DNA from: a virus
DNA length: 64,000 nt
IMG/VR virus record: IMGVR_UViG_3300021373_003510
Span: 1 to 64,000 of that record
Reading direction: 5' to 3' (one strand)
The notes under the pieces are model-generated. The model ran no database searches, had not been told where the DNA came from, and was given only the letters and a program-made list of their open reading frames with translations. A program made the position numbers and the translations under genes. Numbering within the stretch: position 1 is the stretch's first letter; each line of letters starts with the position of its first letter. Positions 23,201-32,371 of this stretch are shown here, piece after piece.

Positions 23201-25478
23201 TGTTCAGCGTCATCTGACCACCGTTCAGAGCATAGAACGCGCAACGAACGAAGATTGACAATGAACCAATACCGTTAACACCAGCACCGTCTCGAGCAAC
23301 ATATCCTAAACCGTTTTGTGTACGAGGTGTGAAACCAAAACATAATACATATGTATATAATGAATCAGTATCAAGTACTCTTCTATCTGCAAGTACACAA
23401 CCACCGCCTCGACCAACTTCTCTGTTCGGGAAGTCGTCAATACCGATTGATTGAATAACACCTACACCACCTGATTCTGAAGTTACTGTATCACCTACAG
23501 CAAAACCTTCACCGTTTTTGAGGTTACGAACTCTGATAGTACGATTAGTTGAAATATCTAAATCATTGCCTGCGGTTTGGTCATCGGTATCATCCCATGA
23601 TAGGAAACCTATAGCACCAGATGAGAATACAACTTCATCATCTTTTTGCCATAATTGTCTTTGTCCACCGTTTCCTGGGTAAGCACCTAAAGCAGCGTTG
23701 CCGCTATCAAATGTATGTCCTACTTCTAATACAAATGTTCTACCTAAGTCAGCAAGTGTACCTTTTGAGTTATAAGGATTAAGAGGTGGTTCAACATCTT
23801 GTCTTAAGAAGTTTGATAACTGAGTACTATCTCTAAGATATGGAGATCTTAATAGTTTAGCACCTGGTCGATATGCAATCGCAAATCCACCTTCTGGGAA
23901 ATCAAAGTTATCAACTTGGAAGTTTTGATAACCAAATCCTTGAACGTAACAACCTGAACCTACAAGAATACCGTTATTGTTTTCGTATCCTTTCTCAAGT
24001 TCAATTACAGTTGCATACTGACCTGCGGTTGAAGTACAGGAACAATCATCAGGTAACTGCAGATTACCTTTTGTATAATAAGTTCCTGGTCCAACCGAAA
24101 TATGAACAGCATTGTTAATTGCGTTACGATTGAGTTCACCACCTGCTTTTTCTAAACAAAGTTCAAATCCTCTCTCGAGAGTTCTAACAGGAGCCAACAT
24201 TGTACCTGGGTTCTTATCATCACCAGATCCTGCGTCAACGTGTACCTTTAATGCTTGAGCTGTTTTCTTAGATACTTCTTCGAATAATTGACCGAAGTTA
24301 ATTTGTTCAGTTTCACCAGTTTGTTCGTTACGAATTGCGAAATATGATTCGTCATCAATAGGAGCTTCAAACTCCTTAGTGAGATCCATATCAAAGTCAG
24401 CAAGTCTTGACCTATCAATTGTACCGCCACTAAATACTGATCCTGAAAGTGCACCATTATCGAATGTTGAATTATTTGCTCCGAGACCATCGGCAGACGA
24501 ACTGCGGATTGTCATATCGGTTGCTACAACATTTTGCATTGTACCTTGGAAGTCAGTATTAGAAATTACTCCATCAGTGAATACTGAATCATCGATAGTT
24601 GAATTAGTTAATGTGACATTATTACCTGTGCCATCATTAAACTGAGAATTAGTTATGATAGTATTATTTGAAGTACTATCATTAAGTTGTGAACTTGTTA
24701 GGACAACGTTATTACCAGTTGAGTCAAATATTTGTCCATTTGTAAATGATGAGCTTGTTAGTGTAACATTATTGCCTGTGCCATCATTAAATACCGATTG
24801 TGTAATCGTTACATTGTTTGCTGTTGAATCGTTAAGAACAGAATTAGCAAGTCTTATGTTATCGCCGTCAACATCTGACATTGTGCCAGCAGTGAATGAC
24901 GAACTTGTCATTGTAATATTATTTGCTACAGAATCAGTAATTGTAGAATCATCGATTGTAGAATTAGTTAATACTACATTATTACCTGTACCGTCATTAA
25001 ACGATGAATTGGTAATCGCAACATTGTTTGCTGTGCTATCGTTAAGCTCAGAATTTGTTAGAACAACATTATTACCTGTACCGTCATTAAACTCTGATTG
25101 AGTTATAACTACATTGTTGGCTGTTCCGTTATTGAAAGATGAACTTGTGATCGCAACATTATTAGCAGTACCATCATTAAACTCTGAATTTGTAATAACT
25201 GTATCGTCGATAGTACCACGAACAAAATCTGTATCTTCGATATCTGAATTATCAATTGTGACATTATCGAGTCTGGAATCTGACATGACAACACCGGAGA
25301 TTGTTCCCCCAGTGATTTTGATCCTCGAGAAAGTTTCGTATTGAATTGCTTCAACAAGTTCCTTTCTTGTAATATTACTGGTGCCATCGTCACCTTGGAC
25401 AAGGTTGACAATAACGAACAGATCTTCAGACCTGGTATTTGCACCGGTAATCGGAGGTAATTCTGAAATCTTTGCCAT
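14217..25478 (-). CDS. Giant multi-repeat virion protein (3753 aa): beta-solenoid, beta-helix scaffold, 9 Cys/His-containing beta repeats and ~12 phycobiliprotein-like helical repeats
   Basis: Uninterrupted 11.3-kb ORF downstream of a TATAAATA late promoter; MAKISELP N-terminus; repeat classes read directly from the translation. Confidence 0.85.
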   Translation of the reverse strand: MAKISELPPITGANTRSEDLFVIVNLVQGDDGTSNITRKELVEAIQYETFSRIKITGGTISGVVMSDSRLDNVTIDNSDIEDTDFVRGTIDDTVITNSEFNDGTANNVAITSSSFNNGTANNVVITQSEFNDGTGNNVVLTNSELNDSTANNVAITNSSFNDGTGNNVVLTNSTIDDSTITDSVANNITMTSSSFTAGTMSDVDGDNIRLANSVLNDSTANNVTITQSVFNDGTGNNVTLTSSSFTNGQIFDSTGNNVVLTSSQLNDSTSNNTIITNSQFNDGTGNNVTLTNSTIDDSVFTDGVISNTDFQGTMQNVVATDMTIRSSSADGLGANNSTFDNGALSGSVFSGGTIDRSRLADFDMDLTKEFEAPIDDESYFAIRNEQTGETEQINFGQLFEEVSKKTAQALKVHVDAGSGDDKNPGTMLAPVRTLERGFELCLEKAGGELNRNAINNAVHISVGPGTYYTKGNLQLPDDCSCTSTAGQYATVIELEKGYENNNGILVGSGCYVQGFGYQNFQVDNFDFPEGGFAIAYRPGAKLLRSPYLRDSTQLSNFLRQDVEPPLNPYNSKGTLADLGRTFVLEVGHTFDSGNAALGAYPGNGGQRQLWQKDDEVVFSSGAIGFLSWDDTDDQTAGNDLDISTNRTIRVRNLKNGEGFAVGDTVTSESGGVGVIQSIGIDDFPNREVGRGGGCVLADRRVLDTDSLYTYVLCFGFTPRTQNGLGYVARDGAGVNGIGSLSIFVRCAFYALNGGQMTLNNSGTQFGDISMRAKGTTEFFAPKGTTATIIGNTAFADTIDNNAEEIIDDMVYYLTANSANGGLGYQEYDSEKCLRDSGIIVDGTGYDVALDTNYWGRLAGITYRSPISYVVPGEQLEETKGANEYLRDRSKEIFISANNEINSRIDTSFAELLNVLEYGEENINPIIWQDTSVPRTAARKLLQDNREFITEELIDWIENNDEFFAYDSKSCRRDVSDYIIPAVKNDMLFDTNYNSLTAGRAYYMQAGKAVIENQNNETVAAYNRLKDQTNELIDGDSYLASQRLDDAYDNVLQILENKGKQYTPSNATYDPVTGLFVITIGDSKSHQMTDGTYDPATGIMEANIGKHELEVGDFVWFNPESITWSCDTGSGPTNHAVPEAHHPYYEKPCPIIGVSKNKIRMNVGYGGDTGQQVHTFVSATPNAIQSGHGLNVGDYVLLKTGGFTMTCSRDGHKTRSYYPKPGYPAHETPVEVLGAVPGKITVNVGTQPFAFDYQFVEAATGAVSVLGDTIKWSDSIDIPANKRNARKQLQANRGFLQDYVDGYLDETYFRYDSKKCRRDITEYILPAVERDILTGSNYNAYQTGLAYRAGTELADNVINDQLTQTTGAINELKRRVNTLQTENGFQPTDATYDPSTGIMEATIGAHTLAVGDTVVFAMQGITFSCDTGSGPTNHAVPEAHHPYANGVPCPIIGVSNTTITLNVGYGGATGQQAHTFVSAVANAITPAKNQGKSFTPTDATYDPETGIFTATIGRHELKAGDYVRFLEDGVTFSCDTGSGPTNDAVPNPGHPFYNHPCPIESTTPTTITMFVGYGGSNAHTFVSALDNAITHVKAIDDKASGFRSDEAFDKIVDMLNSTGKTYSTSNSTYDPLTGLTVLTIGSHDLQVGQEILIAPESLTYTCDLDGNATQHSYPTRTVTRFTPSTASYDPATGEFTADIGTHKLRVGDEIEFAPRGITFTCAIDNNQTNHPVPEEHHPFFKKPVKLTSVEGNVIGCNVGISTNGGGAHTFVSAITGAIKGTREHPGYKKPLVVAATTNTTITVNAGTSTDTSAHTFISATPNNIKTRNYVSTYTPRTATYDETTGVFVATIGQHNLEAGDYVSIKPGSVVFTCALDGNVYEHAIPQSHHSITYKKPIKITSVTSDTITMNVGTGPGGAHTFVRAEVGCIDSDALVFTDPASYVKHYTPTTATYDPATGISVMTIPGHDLTTDDYIEIAPLSFTYTCAQDGNATEHSYPRKGDSNYREPQAITAVNGDDVTIQLAASSGGAHTFVSVIKDAVSKVTYNSQGQYAREQMQINREFLQKEVSDYLDSEYFVFNGEKCTRDSGFILDSVRRDIATGSTWNSQFMGLGYRTGSVGANKVINDQLVQTVGAINYLKAEVAADPNVTGTALTRSNQHFDKIIDILQNGSSAVGTKTYGAEAALTEDHKQAANQLLLNRAFIIAETTAYIAANYPSLTYSVADCERDTGYLVDSLIQDVKFGGNTCTVNFARLYFENANSVLPADQKEPTYKTWEHIADVCWNIVRDITITPSAGNAVSQDVSGTDRGIEVANLARDRVNIVTQAISDDTIDHLPAYIEPNVETAMVAACEAIDGITENLSLSVIDYLRKEHNGLPYAKEVCERDVGLIVDAVSRDIEYGGNENTLEVFDYYFRRFDSASADYEQLRSTNVLPIEVKGQFKTLSDYEDTANVSGLREAINVLPYEQREPTRKAFAHLADVAEKVVKEVAHTTTFTTFNPSNATYDPATGVFTATIGTHTLDVGNKVYLKPEGFTFSCDMGSGQQNHTSPQKHHPYYNKAVTITAITSTTITMNVGGGGSGQYPHTFVSADVGSISTGPYQNTDGTAANAATGTIVHDLINTIADLVDDVNIEDDEFPTLTKASFDPNRTLARKQLQQNRDFIIEEVQGYLKDRYYTFDGDRCKRDLGLLLDAVAVDVLTGSNYNAVFNGTAYRIDTVSTNRVINEQLTETVEGIKFAKGLAVKAVTDSALKVKVEEAFDEIIDVMTNGRAAADTIVFTGNAQGVARINGRSQLQNNKAFLIAEATAWLAANRPSHVYDVAKCERDTGYLIDAVSFDGQHQGNFATQNFTRLYFEQGVNVGLPEDQIEPSVALFKHLGDCVDLIVQDTDIGGLKSTGNALTQDFSSGSGGAPLGAEMEGLFDLCADALASATLLLNPAYELPKVSVYDAVNQAAFNEVLGVKETVAKDLLAHLAENYDILPFSENKCRRDVGYIIDAVSHDIQYGGNAASVQTAGMYFENTVNTGLQIEQRMGSRDAFLHMAKVIEHVVGAKDIETKLFPRTGKYYTGDIVTKYEYWNGVPSYQSTEAQDFSIHGANPDTCIATRKLVELIADAVDDSYEVRATIPERIDVDQTWMGDNYITAKELVEKLSHTAAEGVISYISVNHNGLSFPRARCRRDIGYTIDAISHDIQHETNFATLQSAGIYFEKGVSVLPVDQQRQYADILQLLGTAMSQVVQETPVTNASTYTLTPQNTLGTAATSVEGTEVVNLVGVIENSIRANDNDELPRPYSNSSFPTTELNNAAQKLVDNTEELASDVTEFINSQFNVLDYNKDKCRRDTGFLLDAFSFDLNFGGNTASRWNADFYFWNQVYRLPEDQRAPTAKSYRQLGKICKDIVIGEYPGMKILGEIGTEVESKKVKDLADIFFFTQINNDTKYLPVKEEPDYSYAAAPFVDARNVLQTRRKELQKDTVRYVNATYDFLDINLTRRDARNLLTALQNDFKYEDVTVPVPSYTTNGNQNAIRTFTASLFDYDGTHVFPVFNPTMQGLKYKGSVAQVSDLSAITGMKPNWAYIVATDYTTNFYAGNIYYWNGSTWVLEGANNTDLLDAFVGSWDRMRTYIVNNLSPDSTHSLMIEGLFNDCLKDNVLRPETLIFGSLVESIAHQFNGASAGVNRNALPLNFRNLGAAISAVASVLNEDGGRIRWSGADELNNQYFARGLRINGRTGRIEGRPFTSSVRKLARRASNSRAVI

Positions 25479-25506
25479 TTAACTCTTTCCCTTTGGTATT
25501 ACTTAT

Positions 25507-25514
25507 TATTTATA
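25507..25514 (-). promoter_or_regulatory. T4-type late promoter TATAAATA
   Basis: Exact match ~30 nt upstream of the giant ORF start. Confidence 0.8.
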
Positions 25515-25528
25515 AGACCAATCTCAAA

Positions 25529-26776
25529 TTAACCTTTGTTTTCAAGAAGGTTTTGTAAAACATTTACCTTATCACTCAATTCTTTAATTGCCTCAATAAG
25601 TACTGGCACAATTTGTTGATATCTTACAGCTTTGTAAGTATCGTCTTCCATTTCAATATCATAAACTACTTCCGGTAAAATCTTTTCAATTTCCTGAGCA
25701 ATTACACCAGGAAGTGTATCCTCAGGTCTGTCTTTATAATTAAACGTGTATGTCTTTATTTGTTCTACTTCTTCCAATCCTTTTTGGAGAGGAACAATAT
25801 TTTCCTTTAATCTTTCGTCTGATGCTGAACCGTTTGTTGTTACATCTCCTGTAAAGTATCCTGCACCTGATTCACTCATATATGCAACAATAGCGTTTGA
25901 ACTATTTCTTACTACAACATCTCCACCTGTAACTCTTACATCGTCGGTAAACTGTCCATAACCTGTTACACTTATTCCACTAGGAAGCCATTGTAATACA
26001 TTATAGTTATTACCTGACCATTCTGACTTAAGTGTTCCAATAGGTACACCACTTAATCGTGAACCTGTTACAAGCGCCGCTTCATTTCCGCTGACTGAGC
26101 CTGTAGTAATAAACTCGTTACCTTGATAAGTGTTTAGTTCACCTTCTCCATCAAATGATATAACACCACTTGATGAAACATTAATACCGTCTCCACCAGT
26201 AAATGCTGCTCTTGCTCTTGTATCAGTATAAAATAAATTTGTAGATCCTTCAGTAATATCATCTGTGTTTAATCCAGATCCACCTGAACCTAATGATAAA
26301 CTATTTGCCGATAATGATTCGGTAACAATAACATTAGGTACTGTTAAAGTACCTGCTGCGGTTAACTGAAATTTCTTTTGACCTGTTCCTGTGTCAATGA
26401 TAAATGTATGACCGCCATCAGAATCATGACCTATGTCCCAAGATATTGCACCATCAGTATATCTTGTTTGTCCGCCTGTTCCTGTATATAAGAATGTTGC
26501 CGCGACTGAAGTACCACTTGTTACTTGAATAGGATCCGAAAAATTAATAACCGCTGACGATCCTGCTCCAATCGTATTAGTCGTAACTTGAGTTGAAGCT
26601 ATTAAATTGGACGCAGTAAAATTACCAACAAGAGTAGCATTACCTGTCGTCGTGTCGCCTCCTGATGAAGCAGTGATAACATCGGTCTTAAACAGATTAA
26701 CCATTTCATTGGTTTTATCAAACCATGTTTGAAATGTTTGTGCCGTTGTAATGTTTGCTATATTTGGTTTGGCCAT
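25529..26776 (-). CDS. Fibre/whisker-like protein with C-terminal peptidase S74 chaperone domain
   Basis: TFQTWFDKTN N-terminus; TDDITEGSTNLFYTDTRAR motif; SDERLKENI...GVIAQEIEKILPEVV...VRYQQIVPVLIEAIKEL. Confidence 0.8.
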   Translation of the reverse strand: MAKPNIANITTAQTFQTWFDKTNEMVNLFKTDVITASSGGDTTTGNATLVGNFTASNLIASTQVTTNTIGAGSSAVINFSDPIQVTSGTSVAATFLYTGTGGQTRYTDGAISWDIGHDSDGGHTFIIDTGTGQKKFQLTAAGTLTVPNVIVTESLSANSLSLGSGGSGLNTDDITEGSTNLFYTDTRARAAFTGGDGINVSSSGVISFDGEGELNTYQGNEFITTGSVSGNEAALVTGSRLSGVPIGTLKSEWSGNNYNVLQWLPSGISVTGYGQFTDDVRVTGGDVVVRNSSNAIVAYMSESGAGYFTGDVTTNGSASDERLKENIVPLQKGLEEVEQIKTYTFNYKDRPEDTLPGVIAQEIEKILPEVVYDIEMEDDTYKAVRYQQIVPVLIEAIKELSDKVNVLQNLLENKG

Positions 26777-26961
26777 TAGTTATTTTCCAATCTTTCTATT
26801 CGTTCATAGATTTCAATTATACTGCGCTTAATCTCTAAAAGGTCATTTTGTATTCTATCAACTTTGCGATAATAGGTTCTTTCTATTTTATATTTATTGA
26901 GAGCAACAGCATCAGTACTTAATACTGCTCCGGTTTTTTGATCTCGTTTTATATCATTCAT
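26776..26961 (-). CDS. Small coiled-coil hypothetical protein (61 aa)
   Basis: RD..TGAVL.TD motif followed by heptads; 1-nt overlap with the next gene. Confidence 0.7.
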   Translation of the reverse strand: MNDIKRDQKTGAVLSTDAVALNKYKIERTYYRKVDRIQNDLLEIKRSIIEIYERIERLENN

Positions 26962-26971
26962 AACAAATACC

Positions 26972-29900
26972 TTAAGTTAGTGCGATGCCACGGTAATCTT
27001 TCAGGGTAGGTACGTTATGAATATTAGGAGATAGCATATCTATACGAACTGCGAATCTCTTAAATCCTTCGAATACTCCGGAATTGCTTGTATATGTTAA
27101 TGCACTACTTACAAATCCTCCTGTCTTATTTGCGTTAGCAACTCTGAATTTAAATTCTCTGTAATCGTTTATATTTGAAACTGTTGAGAATACACCAACA
27201 CCTTCAAACAATTCTAATTCTATCCAAGGAATTGAATCAAAGTCGTCATTATCATAACCGTTTTGTGGTTTGATATAACACTTAATATCCGTTCCTGTTG
27301 GACGGTATCCTGTTAATGTTAGATGGAAATCTTCAGCATCTAAACTTTCAGCAAGCTCAATTGTTTTTGAAATATATCTTGCTGTTGTATTTGCATCATT
27401 CGTAATTTTATATTGATAAGCAATTAACTTAGATGCTTCAATATCAACGAATGGTGTTGAAGTTACATTACCGCCATTCTCTAATGCAACATTAATTCTA
27501 AATGGTTTTGAACCACCAGGATCGTTAGATTTACTATATACAACAACACCATCTTCTGAGAAATAATTATTATCGTTAAATCTCATTGGTGTATTATATG
27601 TAATGTTAACATTGTCTATAGGAACAAATGTACCGCTTAATGAAGTCTTACTTGTATTATCAGCAGCCTTCATAATCATCGGCTGAACATAACTTAAATT
27701 GATATTATCCACCGATACTACATTTGCCGTAGATTCTGAGTCCAATCCTTTAATAAGAGAACTTGATGCGAATGCTTTAGCAGTACTAGCAGACGAATCT
27801 TCCAAATGCATTTCAAAAGGATTTCTTAAATTGTAATAACTTAATGTACCTGCTACGACCGGCAACATTGAAGCTGAAACCGCGGTAGCAAATCCCCAAG
27901 GAGCAACTAATGTTAATTGTGTAGGACTGTCAACTGAAAGAATTTGAAGAACAGCTACATTAGATCCCGATGTAATTTTAACAAATTCATCAGCAGCATA
28001 AATTGTATCAAGGCTTGTGCCAGTTATAATAGCGCTTCCTTGAGTAGCTCCTACTGTACTTGGTGAACCAGATTTTTCCTGATAAATTGTTTCACCTGGA
28101 GTAAATCTTCCTGTAAGATTGTCTACCGTAAAGAATTCATTATTGTTATTTGTCATTACGACTGAACCAGTTGAAGAATTAAAATTATGTCTTTTTAATG
28201 TAAATTTAATATCTTCGTCTTGATATGATTTCCAAGCTGAGTTGTTGGTCGAGGTAAATAGAACACCATCTCCCCAATCCTGAGTAATAGAAGAACCTTG
28301 AGTTGAACCAGGTGTTAAATCAACGCCGCCAACTTTAGAAGTATAAATTAAATAATTAGGATCTGATGCATCAGGCTGAACAACTACTGCATATTCTTTT
28401 TCAACATCCAATCTAACCGGTGCTTCAAAAGCAAATGTTGTTGCCGCTGAAGCATCTTCAGATACATTTACTGCCGCAGGTAGTTTATGAACTGCGGAGA
28501 ATGGTAAAATTTGATTTGTTGGGTAACCATTTACAACTTCTCTTATTTGAACAGTTACACCGTTTAGTGCCGCATTTGCGTTATCGTTTGTTTCTGTTGT
28601 TGAAGGCTTACGCTTGAAGTAAACATCAATCTCTGATAAGTAAACTGAATTGCTACCTGCACCCATACCTTTCTTAATAAAGAATGTTTGTGCAAGTGGA
28701 TCTCTACCTCGAATACGACGTGCAACGTTTCTTGTTGTTGTCGTTGTGTTAACATCAAATGTTGGAGCTCTTGTTGAAGTTGTTAAGCTTGTTTTCTCAA
28801 CACTGAAGTTATATGCTCGATATGTAACGAATCCTTTTGAGGTAGAAGCAGAATCAATACTGCTATAATTATTAACATCAACAATTTCTAATACTCTATC
28901 ACCTACAAAGAATGTTTCTGGTGGTAAACTAAATACTGCTCTTAATACACCATTTGCATCTGTTGATACTGCCGAGCCTTTATCTCCGTATCGTTGAACG
29001 GCGCCTACTGAATCAGCAGTAACCGATCCTGGTGCAACGTGAGAATTAACATCAACTCCATCAAAGAAGAAATAGTGTTGTTGATTTGGTCTTAATCCTG
29101 ACATATAAACTTTGATATCTCTACCTGCCATATAAGGTTGGAATCTAAAGTCAGAAACAAACTCACCAATATTTTCTATCTCAATATTGGAACTATCAAT
29201 ATTAATTTCACTTGTTCTTGTTGTGAATGTTGTGGTTTCAATTCCTGCACCACGTCTTCCTCTTCGACCACGATCTCTTTCAAAGATTACTTCTGAAGAT
29301 ACATCCGTCATAGGAATGAATTCTTGAATTGAATCAACGAAATCTTCAAACGGAGTTGTTAAGTCAATATCAATTGAAGCAGGATTTACTGTTGTATCGT
29401 AAGCAGCATCGTAAGGTGGAGAAATAACTCCATCACCTACATACTTATAAAAATTACTTACACAATTTCTATAATTTGAAGCATAAGGCTGAGATATAAT
29501 ATCAACATTATTATTTCTTCCGATTGTTGCTACCTTACCTTCACTTGAACTTGGGAATACCGAAGCACCTGTAGAAGATTCATATTTCAAATCTAATGGG
29601 AAAGTTTTAAGTGACGGTGTTAAAATCTTTTGATTAAATGGAACCGAAGCATTGAACTTAGGATTGTTTACATCACCTAAGGATAAATTATTAAATGGAT
29701 CTACTACAAATCCATTCTTAAATCTTGATAAACCATTCTCATCACGAATAACCAAATTAGAAGTATCAGACTCTAATTGATTTAATGAAATATAATATGC
29801 CATGTTATCAATCTTCTTCTCTAAAGAATGAAGATCTTTCATTGTATAATTTCTAACACCTGTGGCTTTTGGCTTAATTGCGTAATCTTGTTTACGAAGA

Positions 29901-32356
29901 ACATCGGCTTGCTTTTTAGATAGAGCAGGGAATCCTGGGATTTGAACATTCGCAATTGCTACTTGGTCTGTACTTATCTTTGGTGGTATTGCATATCTAT
30001 CTTCTTCACCTTTAATTAAACTAATCTCTCCATAAGAATCGCAAACAATAGTATCTATTCTTGATAGATAAAATTCTATGTCAGTTGTAATTGCTTGTGA
30101 AGCAGCAGGTAATAAAGGTACACCTAAATCAGCAAATGTAATTGAATTAGATCCAACAGGCGTTGTAATTGTTTCCGCAGCGCCTGCAGTTGCATCATCA
30201 TAGATAGCAGATCCTGATGGGTGATCTATATCAACATAAGGTCTAAAGTCAAAACATTCTCTTAAATTAAATTCTTTACCTGCGGAAGATACATAAGTTG
30301 GAATTTCATATCTCTCTAATGTATTTGGGTAACTATTAATTGTAAAGAAATACTCACCTGTATTTGTTGAAGGTTGGAATACGCTCATCTTAATTGTAAG
30401 AACACCGTTTCCTGGTTTTGGTCTGCCTTCAATATATTCCATGTAAGAAAGATCATAATAAGTATCTTTTTGATTTGGTTTTAATCTAAAGCTATTTGTA
30501 TAATCTTCGTTTGACGCATCAACGATTGACTGAATCTTAAATACATCGGGCAGTCCTAAACTATATTGGTCAGTTGACGCAACATAGTTAACTTTAACAT
30601 AAGGTTCTTTAACAACTTTATTATAAGGATCAACTCCACCTGAGGATCCAATTAATCTTTTGTTATAATAAACCGTTACGTTAGTTGCAGCACTTGATGA
30701 AATCGTAATATCAAGCTGTGAATTATTTAAGCTTGTTGATTTACTTATCACTGGGTACTGTGTACTTGTTGAATCTACTACTAAGATATCATCGTTATTA
30801 CAATTATAATCTTCGCCTGGATCAGCGGATAAAGTAATAGTACCTCCTGAATGAGTAGCGGCCTCTTGAGTTCTTACAGGTATTAATGTATCATTAGTTC
30901 CAAATAGGCTGTTTAATCCTGTATCAAAAATTAATGGTCTTTTGCTCGCTTCTTGAATTCTGGTAGATACTGAAACATATCCATTACCGTCGGTGATTCT
31001 ATCAAGTAATGTTATATCTGCAGCACCATTCATTCGTACTGCTGATAAGTAAACTCTTGTTGGAGTTAAATTTGTTGCGATTGCCGTACCTAAGACATTA
31101 CTGCTTGCATCTTGTAAAGTAACATCAGTGTGATCAAGGTCCAACCTTCCACTGAAACCTGTAATATCAACGTAATTGCCGTAGTCCATTGATACACTTT
31201 GATTTTCAGTTTCTTCAGTTCCAACAATTTGGTCAATGACGAAAGAACGTTCGCCTGAATTTTCGACTCTGTATCCTTTGACATATGCAACTCCTGTTCC
31301 TACTAATACATTAACATCACTACCGCGATCATCAGTACTTAAAGGAAAGTTTTCTAAAATATAGTTACCAGATTCTTCGTATGTTCTTCTTGCGAGTTCC
31401 TCACCTAATACATTGTATTGTGATACATCTCGTACTGTAATTGCGTTACCGTTCTGATAACGAATTAATGTAAAGAAGTCTGAGTTAGCGGTTGCTGTTG
31501 AAGTATCTTGTACTGTTAATACAGGAGTTAGTTTTAATCTGTCAGCACCTGGCGCGTTTTCATTTTTAGAACCATTTGCATTATCGTATAAAGATGCGTC
31601 TTGTAATGAATTAATTAAACTTTCATTAACTAAATAACCTACAGACTTATCGTTAGGAATATCAGAATATTTTTCTACAACTAATCTCTGTGAAGCTGTA
31701 AATATAAAATGACCTTTTTGGAATATAATACCAGGTGCAGCTTCAATACCGAAAGACTTACCAACGTGTGGCGTTGATATACCTGCACTTACTGAGATAC
31801 CTGATAAGACCTGAGAAGGAGCCAAGGCATCAGTTGTTGTACCAACCTTGAATTTGTATAGGTTAATAACTAAAGGTTCACCGGCCTGAAACTGAGATGC
31901 AGAGGCACCTGTATTTAAGTAATTAATATAAAAAGTATTGAGATCTGGTGGTCTTGTTTGGAAACCAACTGATGCTTGAACTATCGTTGCTCTCAAACCT
32001 GTGTTTTGTCCAACAAGTTCGTAAACATAATCAAGCTCAACTTCTTGACCTGTTGTATCTGTAGTCGTTACTGTTCTACTAATATATTCTGTGGCATTAA
32101 ATCCACCGAGAACATCGTTAATTTTAACAAACTGCAAATCATCGAGTTCAGTAAAGTTACATCCCTTTACAATTGAACCTTCTTTGAATATATTATCACC
32201 AAACTGCTCAACCTGATTTTGAAGCATGGTTTGCAGTTGAGTAAGTTCTCTTGCCTGTATAGCAAACCCAGGCTTAAACATAACTCGATAGAACTGCTTC
32301 TCAACATCGTAGTCATCGAAGTATGGTGCTTGGTTTAAATTTTTATTAATAGGCAT
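26972..32356 (-). CDS. Large baseplate-associated structural protein (DUF4815/VrlC-like)
   Basis: NLNQAPYFDDY...RVMFKPGFAIQARELTQLQ N-terminus; APGADRLK, LARRTYEESGNY, RFKNGFVVDPF and DPLAQTF motifs typical of this family in T4-like phages. Confidence 0.85.
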   Translation of the reverse strand: MPINKNLNQAPYFDDYDVEKQFYRVMFKPGFAIQARELTQLQTMLQNQVEQFGDNIFKEGSIVKGCNFTELDDLQFVKINDVLGGFNATEYISRTVTTTDTTGQEVELDYVYELVGQNTGLRATIVQASVGFQTRPPDLNTFYINYLNTGASASQFQAGEPLVINLYKFKVGTTTDALAPSQVLSGISVSAGISTPHVGKSFGIEAAPGIIFQKGHFIFTASQRLVVEKYSDIPNDKSVGYLVNESLINSLQDASLYDNANGSKNENAPGADRLKLTPVLTVQDTSTATANSDFFTLIRYQNGNAITVRDVSQYNVLGEELARRTYEESGNYILENFPLSTDDRGSDVNVLVGTGVAYVKGYRVENSGERSFVIDQIVGTEETENQSVSMDYGNYVDITGFSGRLDLDHTDVTLQDASSNVLGTAIATNLTPTRVYLSAVRMNGAADITLLDRITDGNGYVSVSTRIQEASKRPLIFDTGLNSLFGTNDTLIPVRTQEAATHSGGTITLSADPGEDYNCNNDDILVVDSTSTQYPVISKSTSLNNSQLDITISSSAATNVTVYYNKRLIGSSGGVDPYNKVVKEPYVKVNYVASTDQYSLGLPDVFKIQSIVDASNEDYTNSFRLKPNQKDTYYDLSYMEYIEGRPKPGNGVLTIKMSVFQPSTNTGEYFFTINSYPNTLERYEIPTYVSSAGKEFNLRECFDFRPYVDIDHPSGSAIYDDATAGAAETITTPVGSNSITFADLGVPLLPAASQAITTDIEFYLSRIDTIVCDSYGEISLIKGEEDRYAIPPKISTDQVAIANVQIPGFPALSKKQADVLRKQDYAIKPKATGVRNYTMKDLHSLEKKIDNMAYYISLNQLESDTSNLVIRDENGLSRFKNGFVVDPFNNLSLGDVNNPKFNASVPFNQKILTPSLKTFPLDLKYESSTGASVFPSSSEGKVATIGRNNNVDIISQPYASNYRNCVSNFYKYVGDGVISPPYDAAYDTTVNPASIDIDLTTPFEDFVDSIQEFIPMTDVSSEVIFERDRGRRGRRGAGIETTTFTTRTSEINIDSSNIEIENIGEFVSDFRFQPYMAGRDIKVYMSGLRPNQQHYFFFDGVDVNSHVAPGSVTADSVGAVQRYGDKGSAVSTDANGVLRAVFSLPPETFFVGDRVLEIVDVNNYSSIDSASTSKGFVTYRAYNFSVEKTSLTTSTRAPTFDVNTTTTTRNVARRIRGRDPLAQTFFIKKGMGAGSNSVYLSEIDVYFKRKPSTTETNDNANAALNGVTVQIREVVNGYPTNQILPFSAVHKLPAAVNVSEDASAATTFAFEAPVRLDVEKEYAVVVQPDASDPNYLIYTSKVGGVDLTPGSTQGSSITQDWGDGVLFTSTNNSAWKSYQDEDIKFTLKRHNFNSSTGSVVMTNNNNEFFTVDNLTGRFTPGETIYQEKSGSPSTVGATQGSAIITGTSLDTIYAADEFVKITSGSNVAVLQILSVDSPTQLTLVAPWGFATAVSASMLPVVAGTLSYYNLRNPFEMHLEDSSASTAKAFASSSLIKGLDSESTANVVSVDNINLSYVQPMIMKAADNTSKTSLSGTFVPIDNVNITYNTPMRFNDNNYFSEDGVVVYSKSNDPGGSKPFRINVALENGGNVTSTPFVDIEASKLIAYQYKITNDANTTARYISKTIELAESLDAEDFHLTLTGYRPTGTDIKCYIKPQNGYDNDDFDSIPWIELELFEGVGVFSTVSNINDYREFKFRVANANKTGGFVSSALTYTSNSGVFEGFKRFAVRIDMLSPNIHNVPTLKDYRGIALT

Positions 32357-32371
32357 CTTTACTTACGTTCC

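Noticed and set aside
520-26776. Diversity-generating retroelement acting on the fibres
   Set aside because: No reverse transcriptase, and no template/variable repeat pair differing at adenines was seen in the window.
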